Positions 10,969-24,610 of a stretch of DNA of 39,769 bases are shown in pieces (positions within the stretch are counted from its first letter, which is position 1; every line of letters begins with the position of its first letter). The notes beneath the pieces are model-generated. The model saw nothing but the letters and a program-made list of their open reading frames with translations. It did no database searches and was not told the origin of the DNA. Source of the stretch: Octopus sinensis (taxonomy: Eukaryota); assembly GCF_006345805.1 (NCBI RefSeq), contig NW_021835420.1, positions 1 through 39,769 on the forward strand, read 5' to 3'. The translations under genes were made by a program, and so were the position numbers.

Positions 10969-11292
10969 CTGCGTGAACTCCAATCTTCTCTAGCTATAAT
11001 TAGCTATCCAGTATCAAGCATAAACAGATTTTCCTACGCGCCCTCAAATTTTTGACAAGGAAACCATCAACTATAACGAGGCTCCAGCCAGCAGTACCTT
11101 CAGCGAGATGTTAATCTATATGGACGATCCCATGCTTAATCCGTACACAGAGAGAGCAATCAAACAGAAGCTAATCTAGTTTAATCCACTCTGATTATGT
11201 AAGTCACTACAAATATTGCTAAGAACTTCCAATCTGGTGTATGGTATCATATTCCAACCACACACAAATACCAGAGACTTTTCAATATACAA
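10969..11292. repeat. Unassigned low-copy repeat, copy 1 (empty site)
   Basis: Aligns by eye over ~320 bp with 14214-14767. Confidence 0.85.
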
Positions 11293-12394
11293 AATGTTAA
11301 GGTTAGCTATTTTTGCCTAGAATTTTCAACATAACAACCGAAAATATATGCCTCCGTAGCCACCTCCATTTTAGTAACTGCCTTGCTATTGCCAAAAAAA
11401 AAAAAATAATAATAAAACCTCTTGCTCGCTAAAGCGTTTTTATTGTTCCAATGCCATGGAATATAGAGGTACCCACGCCAGTACATGGTATCCAGAGAAA
11501 CTGTTGGATCTACCACCAACATCTTCAAATGACGGCATTTCCGACATCTGAACTCCTTTCGTTCCATTGACAGGGAGAACGCCACTTCACTAACACTTTT
11601 CATTTGGAAGTGTAGAGACTACAACAGTCACCAGGAGCATTGGCGATAGATAGGTTTTATGTGCTGCATCGTAATGTCTGTAATAACATCTTGTGGCAAA
11701 TGTAGGATCAACCAAATAAGAAAATGTCATATTTGTGTATACGTTATAATAATTACAATCATGAAGTTTGTAGCTGTCATGTTTACAATGAAATTTGTTT
11801 ACTACATTGGTTGTCTGAAATACGTTCTGTAACATTCAGTTTTGTGGTTTTTGTGTAGAGAAAAAGTTTTCAAGTGTGATAGTTTTTTAAACTATTCTTA
11901 TTGTTTGCAGTTAGGTGTAATGTCTATGTTCTATGAAATGAACTTCTTTTAAGTTCATGTATTGTTTAAGCTTTTTTTTATTGTTCACCAGTTTTATTCA
12001 CTGATGTTCTATTATTAACAAGTATTTATTTAACTCTTATGACTTCATTATCTAATACGTCTTTAATGAATGAAAATGCAATGTTCTAAATAAAATATTC
12101 GATGTTCGCTTCGAATCCAGACTTCACTTGCCCGTTCGTTGTACTCTTGTTCGTGCTCTCTGCTTCTCCCCCTCTCCCTCTCTGTTTGGGGAAAACATGT
12201 GATGTCTGGCGTTGAAATTAGGATGATTTTTTGATCTAATCTGAACTCCTTTAGTTCCAAGGACCGAATAAAAACTCCTTCTTTGTCTCGCTTTATTTGG
12301 AAGTGTAGAGACCTAAGATATAACTTCCCCCACTTTAGGGCATTATCGCTAGTTTTATTTCACGCCTTGTATTATAATGTTCATCATGATACTA

Positions 12395-12690
12395 CGACCT
12401 GATAACTTTGTTTCCGGATTATAAGGATGCGCACGCGTTTCCTCCACTGTTGCCAGATCGAACAAGAGCGTGTCTTCGCTGGCTTTAAACGCATCCAGCA
12501 TGTCATCCACTCGTTTCTCCTTCAAATCGAGTGTCAACTGCCGAGGTACCCACTTTGCACCCGCTTTCCGATATCCAAACTCTTCCACTGTCTTTTGTTG
12601 TGTATTGTGACCACAGTCCAGCTGTGCAGCAACTTCACGGATTGTGAGACGTCTGTCGGCGGAAATCAATTCGAATTGTGTCAGTGATTG
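12395..12690 (-). mobile_element. Mariner transposase fragment (second lineage)
   Basis: LISADRRLTIREVAAQL..GYRKAGAKWVPRQLT..KEKRV..LATVEETRAHPYNPETK (HTH2, WVPxxL linker, decayed IVTxDETW..YxPE motif). Confidence 0.85.
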
Positions 12691-12883
12691 CAGTTGGTTG
12701 TCTCCCCTTCCCACTGCATGGTTTGTCTTAAATACTGGTTTCCTTGTCTTTTAACTTCAACACCAAGGTATCTCTAATATCAATCCAGCAATAAATAGCT
12801 GCATGTAACAGAGAAGGTTAACAGAAAAAATAGATGGGAAGCTCCCAGCGAGATTCGAACCACGAATCAACTGTAATTCAGAC

Positions 12884-13080
12884 CAGTGGTTCTCAAATGG
12901 GATCCATATAAGATTTTGTTCTTAAAATTTATGCCCAATAATTTGGTCGTATTTCTACAATTCATAAAATGTTTAATAGCGTTTCTTTTTTTCAGTTTCT
13001 AATATTTAATTACAAAAATATGATGGAATCTTTTTTAAACATTGAATGACTGGGGGGAGGGGGTCCGCAGAATAAAATAG
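12884..13080 (+). mobile_element. hAT-like MITE fragment
   Basis: Begins CAGTGGTTCTCAA; shares GATCCATAT, ATAAGATTTT and GGGGTCC motifs with 37954-38267. Confidence 0.5.
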
Positions 13081-13373
13081 TAATATATAAAAGACAAATT
13101 TAGGCGGGGCAAAACGAGTAAGACAAGTCCTCCAGCATTACTTTCGAAAAAGGATCCATACACATAAAAATCCATTCTTAGACACCAGAAAGATCAAAAA
13201 TGCAACGAAAATTTTAAATATCTTTTTCAAATGAGAGAGGATCATGGAAAAATAGCACATGATATTAAGTTAATGAAACTCAACTAAATTTAAAAACTCA
13301 ATATAAAATATTCTCCATAGCTTTTTCACGATCTGCTGGAGTAGCTTTCTTCCATATAAATATATATTAATGT

Positions 13374-13681
13374 GTGGAGGCATATGGCCTAGTGGTTAGA
13401 GCAGCGGGCCTCGCGGTCGAGGGAGCTCGGGTTCGAATCTCAGACCGGGCGTTGCGTGTTTATGAACGATACACCTAAGCTGCACGCGGCTCCAGCAGAA
13501 TGAAATGGCGAATTTCTGCTGATTCTTTCGCCACAACTTTCTCTCACTCTTTCCTCCTGCATCTTGCAGCTCACCTGCGACGGACCGGCGTCCCGTCCAG
13601 GTGGGGAACCCATACGCCAAGGAAACCGGGAAACCGGTCACTGTGAGCCAGGCATGGCTCGAGAAGGAACAAACAAAAAAT
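13374..13681 (+). mobile_element. SINE family D (C-type tRNA head, tail Y) with 14-bp TSD
   Basis: TGGCCTAGTGG A box, GGTTCGAATC B box; TSD ATATATATTAATGT at 13360-13373 and 13682-13695. Confidence 0.9.
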
Positions 13682-13700
13682 ATATATATTAATGTACCAA

Positions 13701-13867
13701 GCAGGAGTGGCTGTGTGGTAAGTAGCTTGCTAACTAACCACATGGTTTGGGTTCAGTCCCACTGCGTGGCATCTTAGGCAAGTGTCTTCTGCTATAGCCC
13801 CGGGCCGACTGATGCCTTGTGAGTGGATTTGGTAGACGGAAACTGAAAGAAGCCTGTCGTATATATG

Positions 13868-13932
<65 letters not shown>

Positions 13933-14137
13933 TTGTGTGTCTGTTTGTCCCCCTAGCATTGCTTGACAACCGATGCTGGTGTGTTTACGTCCCCATCACT
14001 TAGCGGTTCGGCAAAAGAGACCGATAGAATAAGTACTGGGCTTACAAAGAATAAGTCTCGGGGTCGATCTGCTCGATTAAAAGGCGGTGCTCCAACATGG
14101 CCGCAGTCAAAGTAAAAGAGTAAAAAGAGTAAGGAGT
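13701..14137 (+). mobile_element. Full-length family-A SINE
   Basis: All modules present. Confidence 0.92.
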
Positions 14138-14213
14138 AAGCAGTTGAAGAGAAGTAATAACTAAAATATGTCATTACTCGTTTTGCCCCAATTTCGACAT
14201 TGTAGTTTTTAAA

Positions 14214-14767
14214 CTGCGTGAACTCCAATCTTCTCTAGTTATAATTAGCTATCCAGTATCAAGCAGAAAATTTTGCTGTGTGCCCTGAAATCTTCGACAA
14301 GGGAACCGCCAACGAGGCTCCAGCCAGCGAGATGTTAATCTATATGGACGATCCCATGCTTAATCCGTACAAGGAGAGAACAAGCAAACAGGAGCTAATC
14401 TAGTTTAATCCATTCTCTGATTATGTAAGTCACTACAAATATTGCTAATAACTTCCAATCTGGTGTATGGTATCATATTCCAACCGGGCGGCGAGCTGGC
14501 AGAATCGTTAGCACGCCGGACGAAATGCTTAGCAGTATTTCGTCTGCCGCTATGTTCTGAGTTCAAATTTCGCCGAGGTTGACTTTGCCTTTCATCCTTT
14601 CGGGGTCGATTAAATAAGTACCAGTTACGCACTGGGGTCGATGTAATCGAATTAATACGTAAGTCTGTCCTTGTTTGTCCCCCCTACGTTTAGCCCCTTG
14701 TGGGTAATAAAAAAATAGGTATCATATTCCAACCGCACCCAAATACCAGAGACTTTTCAATATACAA
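14214..14767. repeat. Unassigned low-copy repeat, copy 2 (filled by a B1 SINE)
   Basis: Paralog of 10969-11292. Confidence 0.85.
14487..14717 (+). mobile_element. Full-length B1 SINE with 18-bp TSD
   Basis: GGTATCATATTCCAACCG at 14469-14486 and 14718-14735. Confidence 0.95.
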
Positions 14768-14880
14768 TTAGATATTGGTTTGAAAAAAAAATAGATATAA
14801 AATACAAAAAAAAGAAAGCATGTTGATAGTTAAGCACCAATTATTATCCAGAAATTTTTTTGACTGCTTCAATTACAATC

Positions 14881-15094
14881 GGGGCGAATTTGAGGAAAAA
14901 TTTCTGGAAAAAAAAGTACCAATCACTTATGTTTCAAATTCTCAACTTCAACAACTACGAAAACACTGACCAATTTTTATTCCCAATGGTACAAAACGGG
15001 TATGCAATAATTGCGATATAATGGTTTCAAACAGGTAGGAAGAAAACAAGAAATTAGAAATTATTCATTTTGACGCAGTTACCAATTTTGCCCC
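14881..15094. mobile_element. Possible old MITE
   Basis: GGGGCGAATTTG ... CAATTTTGCCCC imperfect 12-bp inverted ends, similar to the 13106 TIR. Confidence 0.3.
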
Positions 15095-15544
15095 ACTTCC
15101 ATATTGTGATTTTCTAGTGTTTGATAGAATGACGAAAAATATAAGAGAAAATAAGAAAGAAAAACGGTTGATTTAATGACAAACATCTGAATACATACAC
15201 AAACATTTTAAAGCTGAAAAAAGAATGCTTTTATCTGTTGAGAGATGAAATCTTATGAATAAAACTAAATTCAAAATTCAAATTTTGGAGTATATTTCTT
15301 TACTTGTTTCAAGAAATAAGACCAGTTTTCAATACCTCACTGAAGTAGGTTTAGAAATAGAAATGTGTGTGTGTGTGTGTGTGTGTATGTTTGTACCTTT
15401 AACTGCAATCGGTCAAGCCAAGGTCATTGTTCAGTCATACGTTGAAAGAAGGAATTTGACCGAGAGACAATAACTTCTTTCTACCAATTTCTTTATCTGT
15501 ATATACATTTATAATTACACACACACAAACACATACATTTACAG

Positions 15545-15587
15545 ATACATACATATAATACATACATACATACATACATACATATAA

Positions 15588-15619
<32 letters not shown>

Positions 15620-15756
15620 ATACATACATACATAATACATACATATATACATACATACATACATATATACATACATACATACATATAATACATACATACA
15701 TATAACACATATATACATACATATATATAACACATATATACATACATATATATAAC

Positions 15757-15787
<31 letters not shown>

Positions 15788-15899
15788 ATACATGCATACA
15801 TACATACATACATATAATACATACATACATACATATAATACATACATACATACATATAATACATACATACATGCATACATACATACATACATACATACA

Positions 15900-15931
<32 letters not shown>

Positions 15932-15999
15932 ATACATACATACATACATATAATACATACATACATACATACATATAATACATACATACATACATATAA

Positions 16000-16031
<32 letters not shown>

Positions 16032-16032
16032 A

Positions 16033-16066
<34 letters not shown>

Positions 16067-16107
16067 CATACATACATACATACATACATACATACATACA
16101 TACATAC
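15545..16107. repeat. Degenerate (CATA)n microsatellite with recurring CATATAATA interruptions
   Basis: Direct reading; source of the YVCM-repeat ORFs. Confidence 0.95.
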
Positions 16108-16150
16108 AAGTTCAGGAGTGCTCTGTTGTTTCCCTTTTCTCTGTTGTTGT

Positions 16151-16196
16151 CCCAAAAGCAGCTACAATTCCCATAAGAATTGTAGCTGCTTTTGGG
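16151..16196. other. Perfect 20-bp-stem hairpin
   Basis: CCCAAAAGCAGCTACAATTC-CCATAA-GAATTGTAGCTGCTTTTGGG. Confidence 0.95.
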
Positions 16197-16374
16197 GGAA
16201 GGGTACTAAACTGTTTTTTAATTGAATTGGTGTCCTTAAGGTGACAAAATCTATGGTTATTTATCACAAAAAAAGAATCCATGATATTTTAAAGAAACCA
16301 ACATACCTTTATATAGTGAAAGAGATCCGCTTCATGCCTGATTGCTGGAAGGTGGATGGGCCTTGCTGTTTTGA

Positions 16375-16448
16375 GTGCAGGGGGCCCCCAATATCTTTCA
16401 GATGCCCGGGGCAATTGCCTTCTCTGCACCCCTATAAACCCGGCCCTG
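16375..16448. mobile_element. Possible hAT-like MITE right end
   Basis: Ends in ..GCACCCCTATAAACCCGGCCCTG (reverse complement of a CAGGGCCGG-type terminus); partner end not found. Confidence 0.35.
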
Positions 16449-16740
16449 TCTTAAATGCTACAACGTCCTGCTCAGGGGAATGTTGTGGAAACCGAATAAC
16501 TGGTCTTATGAGTCTTTGGGCACGAAAAAGAAATAAAATAAAATAAAATAAAAAACATACATTCAGTACTCAATAAGTTTGGATAAAATATGTGTTTTCG
16601 GGGTCGCCAGGGCATTCAGCGAAGGAGAGAATCCAACTTGGGTTGCTACTCTGTATATCCTTCATTAAAATGTTCGAAATGTTGTTGCTGTTGGTTTTAA
16701 TGTCTACCGATTGATTGCGTCAGTTGTTCGTTGGTTGTTG

Positions 16741-16772
16741 TTGCATCATCTCCAGATTTGGAGATGATGCAA
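16741..16772. other. Perfect 14-bp-stem hairpin
   Basis: TTGCATCATCTCCA-GATT-TGGAGATGATGCAA. Confidence 0.95.
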
Positions 16773-16924
16773 AAGAACAAGAGAATGCTTCTGATGCAAC
16801 TGAAGTAACTAAAGCAGACAATCTAGAGACGAGGTGGTCAGGGGTGGGAGTGGGGTTGGGGAGAGGTTCTGTTTCGGACACAGGAAGTTGGAAAATCTGT
16901 GATAACGCTCCTCCCTCGATGTTT

Positions 16925-17330
16925 CATTGTCATCGTTGCTGTCATCGTTGTCATAATCATCATCATAATCACCATCATGATCATCATTATCATCATCTTT
17001 GTCATCAATTCGTCATCGTCGTCATCATAGTCATCATCAGCATCATCGTCGTCGTCGTCGTAGTCGTCATCGCAGTCGTCGTCGTCGTAGTCGTTGTCAT
17101 CATCCTCAATTCATCGTCGTCATCGTCTTTGTTGTCATTAATTATCATCATCATTATTGTTCTGATCGTCCTCTTCATCCTCCTACCCACCATCATCATC
17201 ATCATCACCATCACCGTCATCACCATTATCCGCTTCACCATCATCATCATCCTCGTTACCATCTCCATCATTACCAATCATCATCGGCGCCATCAAGATC
17301 ATCATCATCGTCATCATCATCATCGTTGTT
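16925..17330. repeat. (CAT/CGT)n trinucleotide low-complexity tract
   Basis: Direct reading. Confidence 0.9.
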
Positions 17331-17419
17331 TAAGCCTACACAGTAAATTATTCTTTAAAATTTTACGTTATAAATTCTAAAACTGTTGGGGTAGATTCAG
17401 TGAATTAAGTAAAAATCTG

Positions 17420-18060
17420 GGCCTCAAGATGAACAAAGAATAGGTTGGCGTAGATGGGAGCCACCTTCATCTCCATGCTTGCCCCAGCAACCTGCCAGTA
17501 GAACCTTTTGGAAAATGAGAAGCAGTTGAGATAAGGGCAAGTTCGGTGAGATGGAGAAAAGTAGAGGTTCTCGGTTCGAGAGTAGTAAGGCTGTCGAGGA
17601 AATATTTAAGGGCAAGAAAGACGGTTGCCGCGGAAGTTGTGACAATTTGTTTGTTCCTTCTCGAGCCATCCATAGGTCATTAGGGCTCACAGTGACCGGT
17701 TTCCCGGTTTCCTTGGCGTATAGGTTCCCCACCTGGATGGGACGCCAGTCCGTCGCAGGTGAGCTGCAAGATGCAGGAGGAAAGAGTGAGAGAAAGTTGC
17801 GGCGAAAGAGTCAGCAGAAGCTCGCCATTACCTTCTGCCGGAGCCGCGTAGAGCTTAGGTGTTTCGCTCATAAACACACACATCGCCCGGTCTGAGATTC
17901 GAACCCGCGATCCCTCGACCGCGAGTCCGCTGCTCTAACCACTAGGCCATGTGCCTGCAGAGGTTGTGACAATTTAGTCAGGGGCTTAATGTCTAGGGTG
18001 AAGAGGAGATGTGAAGGCCAAGTGAGAAGAAGAAAGATTTGGAAAGGCGGTTAAGTCGCA
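17420..18060 (-). mobile_element. Penelope-like element reverse transcriptase remnant, split by a SINE
   Basis: Minus strand with frameshifts: HLLFTLDIKPL (17985-18011)..LALKYFLD..PRTSTFLHLTELAL..NCFSFSKRFYWQVAGASMEMKVAPIYANLFFVHLE, matching PLE RT motifs (first catalytic Asp; Q..G..M...AP.YANLF). Confidence 0.85.
17649..17959 (-). mobile_element. SINE family D with 13-bp TSD
   Basis: GTTGTGACAATTT at 17636-17648 and 17963-17975. Confidence 0.92.
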
Positions 18061-18159
18061 GACAGTCCGACTCTATGGTGGGTCAGTGCCCTACGTTGCT
18101 TGTAACCAGTAGCACTAAGAGTGACTTGACACACCACACACACACACACACACATTGAT

Positions 18160-18235
18160 GTACATTAATACCTGACTTTACGAGGACCCGCTTTACGAGA
18201 CCCCCGGGTTTACGAGTTTTATTTTTCAGCTCACT
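18160..18235 (+). mobile_element. Possible Tigger/pogo-like terminal fragment
   Basis: ATACCTGACTTTACGAG followed by three TTTACGAG subterminal repeats. Confidence 0.35.
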
Positions 18236-18522
18236 TTTGTATGGTGAGCTGAAATTTTCCAAGCACAAGATTCAAATTTTGAACGAAGTACAAAAAGTTT
18301 CTATTATCACAACAAATGCTTCTGCCTTGTTACCGAGAAATTTATTGAGAGCGAAAAAAAGCTTCTTCTAAGGAAACAGTCCTAGACTTGATTTTTAAAA
18401 AGACATTTATGTAATATATATATATGTATGTATGTGTATATATGCATATAGTATGTATGTGCATATATATGTATATGTATATATATATTATATATATTAT
18501 ATATATATATATATGTATGTTA

Positions 18523-18573
<51 letters not shown>

Positions 18574-18624
18574 ATTACGTGTGTGCGTATGTGTGTGTGT
18601 TGTAGTTAAATATTACAGAAAACG

Positions 18625-18775
18625 AAAGTCAAAGGCAGGTGAGGAAACACCAAGCAGGTGTATTAATTTGACGCTCGGGAAGAATGCAAAAGTCTTGGAC
18701 GTTTCGACCCTACATTGTTCGACAGAAAGGGATAAGAGGGAAAAAATGGAGAGAAAGAACGAGAAAACCGGAGAG
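18625..18775 (-). repeat. Diverged hammerhead-bearing (pLTR-like) repeat
   Basis: Minus strand: pyrimidine tract, CTGTCGA..GTCGAAACGTC, GAGCGTCAAATTAATAC; same layout as 31975-32175. Confidence 0.5.
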
Positions 18776-19189
18776 CGAAATAAAAATGTGTAAGGATTAA
18801 GGGTTTAGCATAATGAAATGGCACGAGTAAACGATGATAGTTTCACATGATCGTTCTCTTAATCGATTGATCAACGTGAAGCAATAGAATGGACGGGTTT
18901 TCTCGAACATTCTTGAATTTGGCTTTCGGTCACCTATAAAAACTGTTCTGCGCGCATTTTTACCAACCAGACGACCCAGGAAGGCGGCTAAGACAAATGG
19001 TACAAAGAAGATGACAGGAATCGGTCAGCACAAAGGTAGTGCAATTGTATCTAGGTAAGCTCGGCAAGCGACAGCTGCATTTTGCTTTATCAGAAGCTTG
19101 CCATAAACTGCAAGCAGTATCTCCCACTCGGTGTGTGATTATTGTTGTTGTTATTTGTATTCGTAAAAGGCCAACGCAGTTTGTCTTTA

Positions 19190-19495
19190 TCTTTATATAT
19201 AAAACTGAAGTTGTGTGTGTGAGAGTCTGTCTCCTCCGATTTAGATTCCTAACTACTCCCACATTTTGCGGTGCAGTTGAACCAAAAGCGGGTATCTTAT
19301 AGTCGTGATTCATATCGAGCCCTTCTGAGTATTAGCGCGCATCTACGATGAGTCTACGATTTAAAAAAAAATTTACCATTTTTCCGCATTTTTAATGCAT
19401 TTTTTGCTCGGTTTATATAAGGGAAGTAACTCTCTAAAAATGCTTATATAGTTATTTCCCTTACAAACCCGAGCAACGCCGGGCGATACTGCTAG
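19190..19495 (+). mobile_element. Complete non-autonomous Helitron (306 bp)
   Basis: 5' A|TCTTTATATATAAAA; 3' hairpin CCCGAGCAACGCCGGG (19468-19483), 8 nt, CTAG|T; inserted between A and T with no TSD. Confidence 0.85.
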
Positions 19496-19778
19496 TATGC
19501 GATAAAATAAATCTTTTGCTAAATGTTCGCGTGTGTTCAGTTATTTCTACGTGCAAGCCAAGAAGCATCAACTCAACCTATCGACACCAGAACAACAACC
19601 TTTCAGGCTGCGACCCCACCGTTTCGGGGGGGGGGGAGATACTGGGTTGATGGCAAGATGGCGGTGATAAGAAAAAAACAGCGACAGCAATAATGACGAC
19701 GGTGATGATGACAACGGCTCATACGGCAGCAATAGCAACAACAATCACAACAAAAATGAAGACAACAGCCGCAATAAT

Positions 19779-20001
19779 GGATTCAAATTTTGGCACAAGG
19801 CCAGCAGGGGTTGTTTTTTTTTGGAGGGGGGAGTTGTTCATGTCGACCCCAGTATTCAACTGGTACTTATTTTATCGACCTCCTGAAAAGATGAAGGGCA
19901 AAGTCGACCACGTCCGAATTTGAACTCTGAACATAAGGACGGACGAAATGCCGCTAAGCCTTTTGTCCGGCGCAGTAACGACTCTGCCAGCTCGCTGCCT
20001 T
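19779..20001 (-). mobile_element. SINE family B2
   Basis: All B2 modules present on the reverse strand. Confidence 0.8.
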
Positions 20002-20016
20002 AACAGCAACAACAGC

Positions 20017-20047
<31 letters not shown>

Positions 20048-20079
20048 CAACAACAACGATGACAACAACAGCAGCAGCA

Positions 20080-20439
20080 GTGGAGGCGCAATGGCCCAGT
20101 GGTTAGGGCAGCGGACTCGCGGTTGGAGGATCGCGGTTTCGATTCCCAGACCAGGCGTTGTGTGTGTCTATTGAGCGAAAACACCTAACTCTCCACGAGG
20201 CTCCGGCAGGGAGTGGTGGCGACCCCTGTTGTACTCTTTCGCCCCAACTTTCTCGCACTCTTTCTTCCTGTTTCTTGTCCCCGACTTCCTACGCAACCGC
20301 TGAGCCTGGATGCACATTCATCCATCCGTCGATGCTCTCGGTGTCGGGGGTTGACCTGGTTTCTCTTCTGCGGGTCTTACGAATAACAAAGGACCACGTT
20401 TCGGACTTCTCCCACTAATGGGACGAAGACCATTCGCTC

Positions 20440-20440
<1 letters not shown>
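20080..20440 (+). mobile_element. SINE family C head and body with a third tail type (tail Z)
   Basis: GTGGAGGCGCAATGGCCCAGTGGTTAG head as in 23551 and 31459; unrelated sequence after CTTCCTGTTTCT, ending in (CAACAG)n. Confidence 0.8.
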
Positions 20441-23160
<2,720 letters not shown>

Positions 23161-23176
23161 TTATTATTGTTAGTAA

Positions 23177-23515
23177 GTGAAGGCGCGTGCCTTTAGTCGG
23201 TAAAGGTATTCGACTCGCGATCGAAAAGTCGTGCGTTCGATTCCCATCGGAGACCTGTTCTGTCCTTGAGCAAGACACTTTATTTCACGATGCTCCGGTA
23301 CACTTATCCTACAAAAAAAAAAATGAACTGTACTTGTAATTCAAAGGGGTCAGCCTCGTCACATTCTGTATCACATTGAATCTCATTGAGAACCACATTG
23401 GGGGTACGCGTGTCTGCGGAGTACTCAGCCACTTACACGTTAATTTCAAGAGCAGGCTGTTCCGTTCATCGGACCGAGTGGAACGCATGCCCTAATAGCC
23501 GATGGAGCGCCAGTT
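23177..23515 (+). mobile_element. SINE family E (different tRNA head and CCTTGAGCAAGACACTT central domain, tail X)
   Basis: GTTCGATTCCC B box; 3' part GGGTAC-CGTGTCTG-GGAGT-CTCAGCCACTTACACGTTAATTTC shared with family C. Confidence 0.7.
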
Positions 23516-23550
23516 ATGTGTGTGATCAGGTAGTCATATTATTTACCTGA

Positions 23551-23938
23551 GTGGAGGCGCAATGGCCCAGTGGTAAAGGCAGTGGACTCGCGGTCGTACG
23601 ATCGCGGTTTCGATTTTCAGAGCGAGCGATGTGAGTGTTTATCGAGCGAAAACACCTAAAGTTCCACGAGGCTCCAGCACAGGGTGGTGGTTAACCCCGC
23701 TGTATTCTTTCACCACAAGCTTTCCCTCACTCTTTCTTCCCCTCTCTGTTGTACCTGTATTTCAAACGACCAGCCTTGTCACACTCTGTGTCACGCCGAA
23801 TCTCCCCGAGAACTATGTTAAGGGTACACGTGTGTGTGGAGTGCTCAGCCACTTGCGCGTTAATTGCACGAGCAGGCTGCTCCGTTGATTCGGATCAATT
23901 GGAACGCTTGTCGTCGTAACCGACGGAGTGCTGCGGCG
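23551..23938 (+). mobile_element. SINE family C (tail X) with 11-bp TSD
   Basis: ATTTACCTGAG at 23541-23551 and 23939-23949. Confidence 0.9.
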
Positions 23939-24040
23939 ATTTACCTGAGAAATATCAACCAAGAAAGCATCGACATGAAAATAAAGTCCCATTATCTGCG
24001 ACATTATGTGAAAATATATATATGTATATATATATGTATA

Positions 24041-24109
<69 letters not shown>

Positions 24110-24111
<2 letters not shown>

Positions 24112-24517
24112 CGCAAGACTGGCTGTGTGGTAAGTAGCTTGCTAACCAACCACATGGTTCCGGGTTCAGTCCCACTGCGTGGCATCTTGGGCAAGTGTCT
24201 TCTGCTATAGCCCCGGGCCGACCAATGCCTTGTGAGTGGATTTGGTAGACGGAAACTGAAAGAAGCCTGTCGTATATATTTACATATATATAAATGTGTG
24301 TGTATATGTTTGTGTGTCTGTGTTTGTCCCCCTAGCATTGCTTGACAACCGATGCTGGTGTGTTTACGTCCCTGTCACTTAGCGGTTCGGCAAAAGAGAC
24401 CGATAGAATAAGTACTGGGCTTACAAAGAATAAGTCCCGGGGTCGATTTGCTCGACTAAAGGCGGTGCTCCAGCATGACCGCAGTCAAATGACTGAAACA
24501 AGTAAAAGAGTAAAAGA
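24110..24517 (+). mobile_element. Full-length family-A SINE inserted in (TA)n
   Basis: All modules present; flanked on both sides by (TA)n. Confidence 0.92.
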
Positions 24518-24536
24518 TATATATATACATACATAC

Positions 24537-24610
<74 letters not shown>

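Larger units (their letters stand above)
13106..14189. mobile_element. Probable small TIR element expanded by two SINE insertions
   Basis: GGGGCAAAACGAGTAAGAC (13106-13124) is the inverted match of GTCATTACTCGTTTTGCCCC (14170-14189) with a 1-nt indel; no TSD seen. Confidence 0.5.

Noticed and set aside
13374-13450. tRNA genes at SINE heads (also 20080, 23551, 31459)
   Set aside because: A and B boxes are present, but there is no acceptor-stem pairing and they continue into SINE bodies bounded by TSDs.
15435-16155. Long ORFs (188-224 aa) in three frames
   Set aside because: Translations of a (CATA)n microsatellite that lacks stops on one strand; no coding complexity.
16600-16920. Long minus-strand frame with one internal stop (possible exon)
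   Set aside because: No recognisable domain and no convincing splice-site pair; cannot be supported without expression data.
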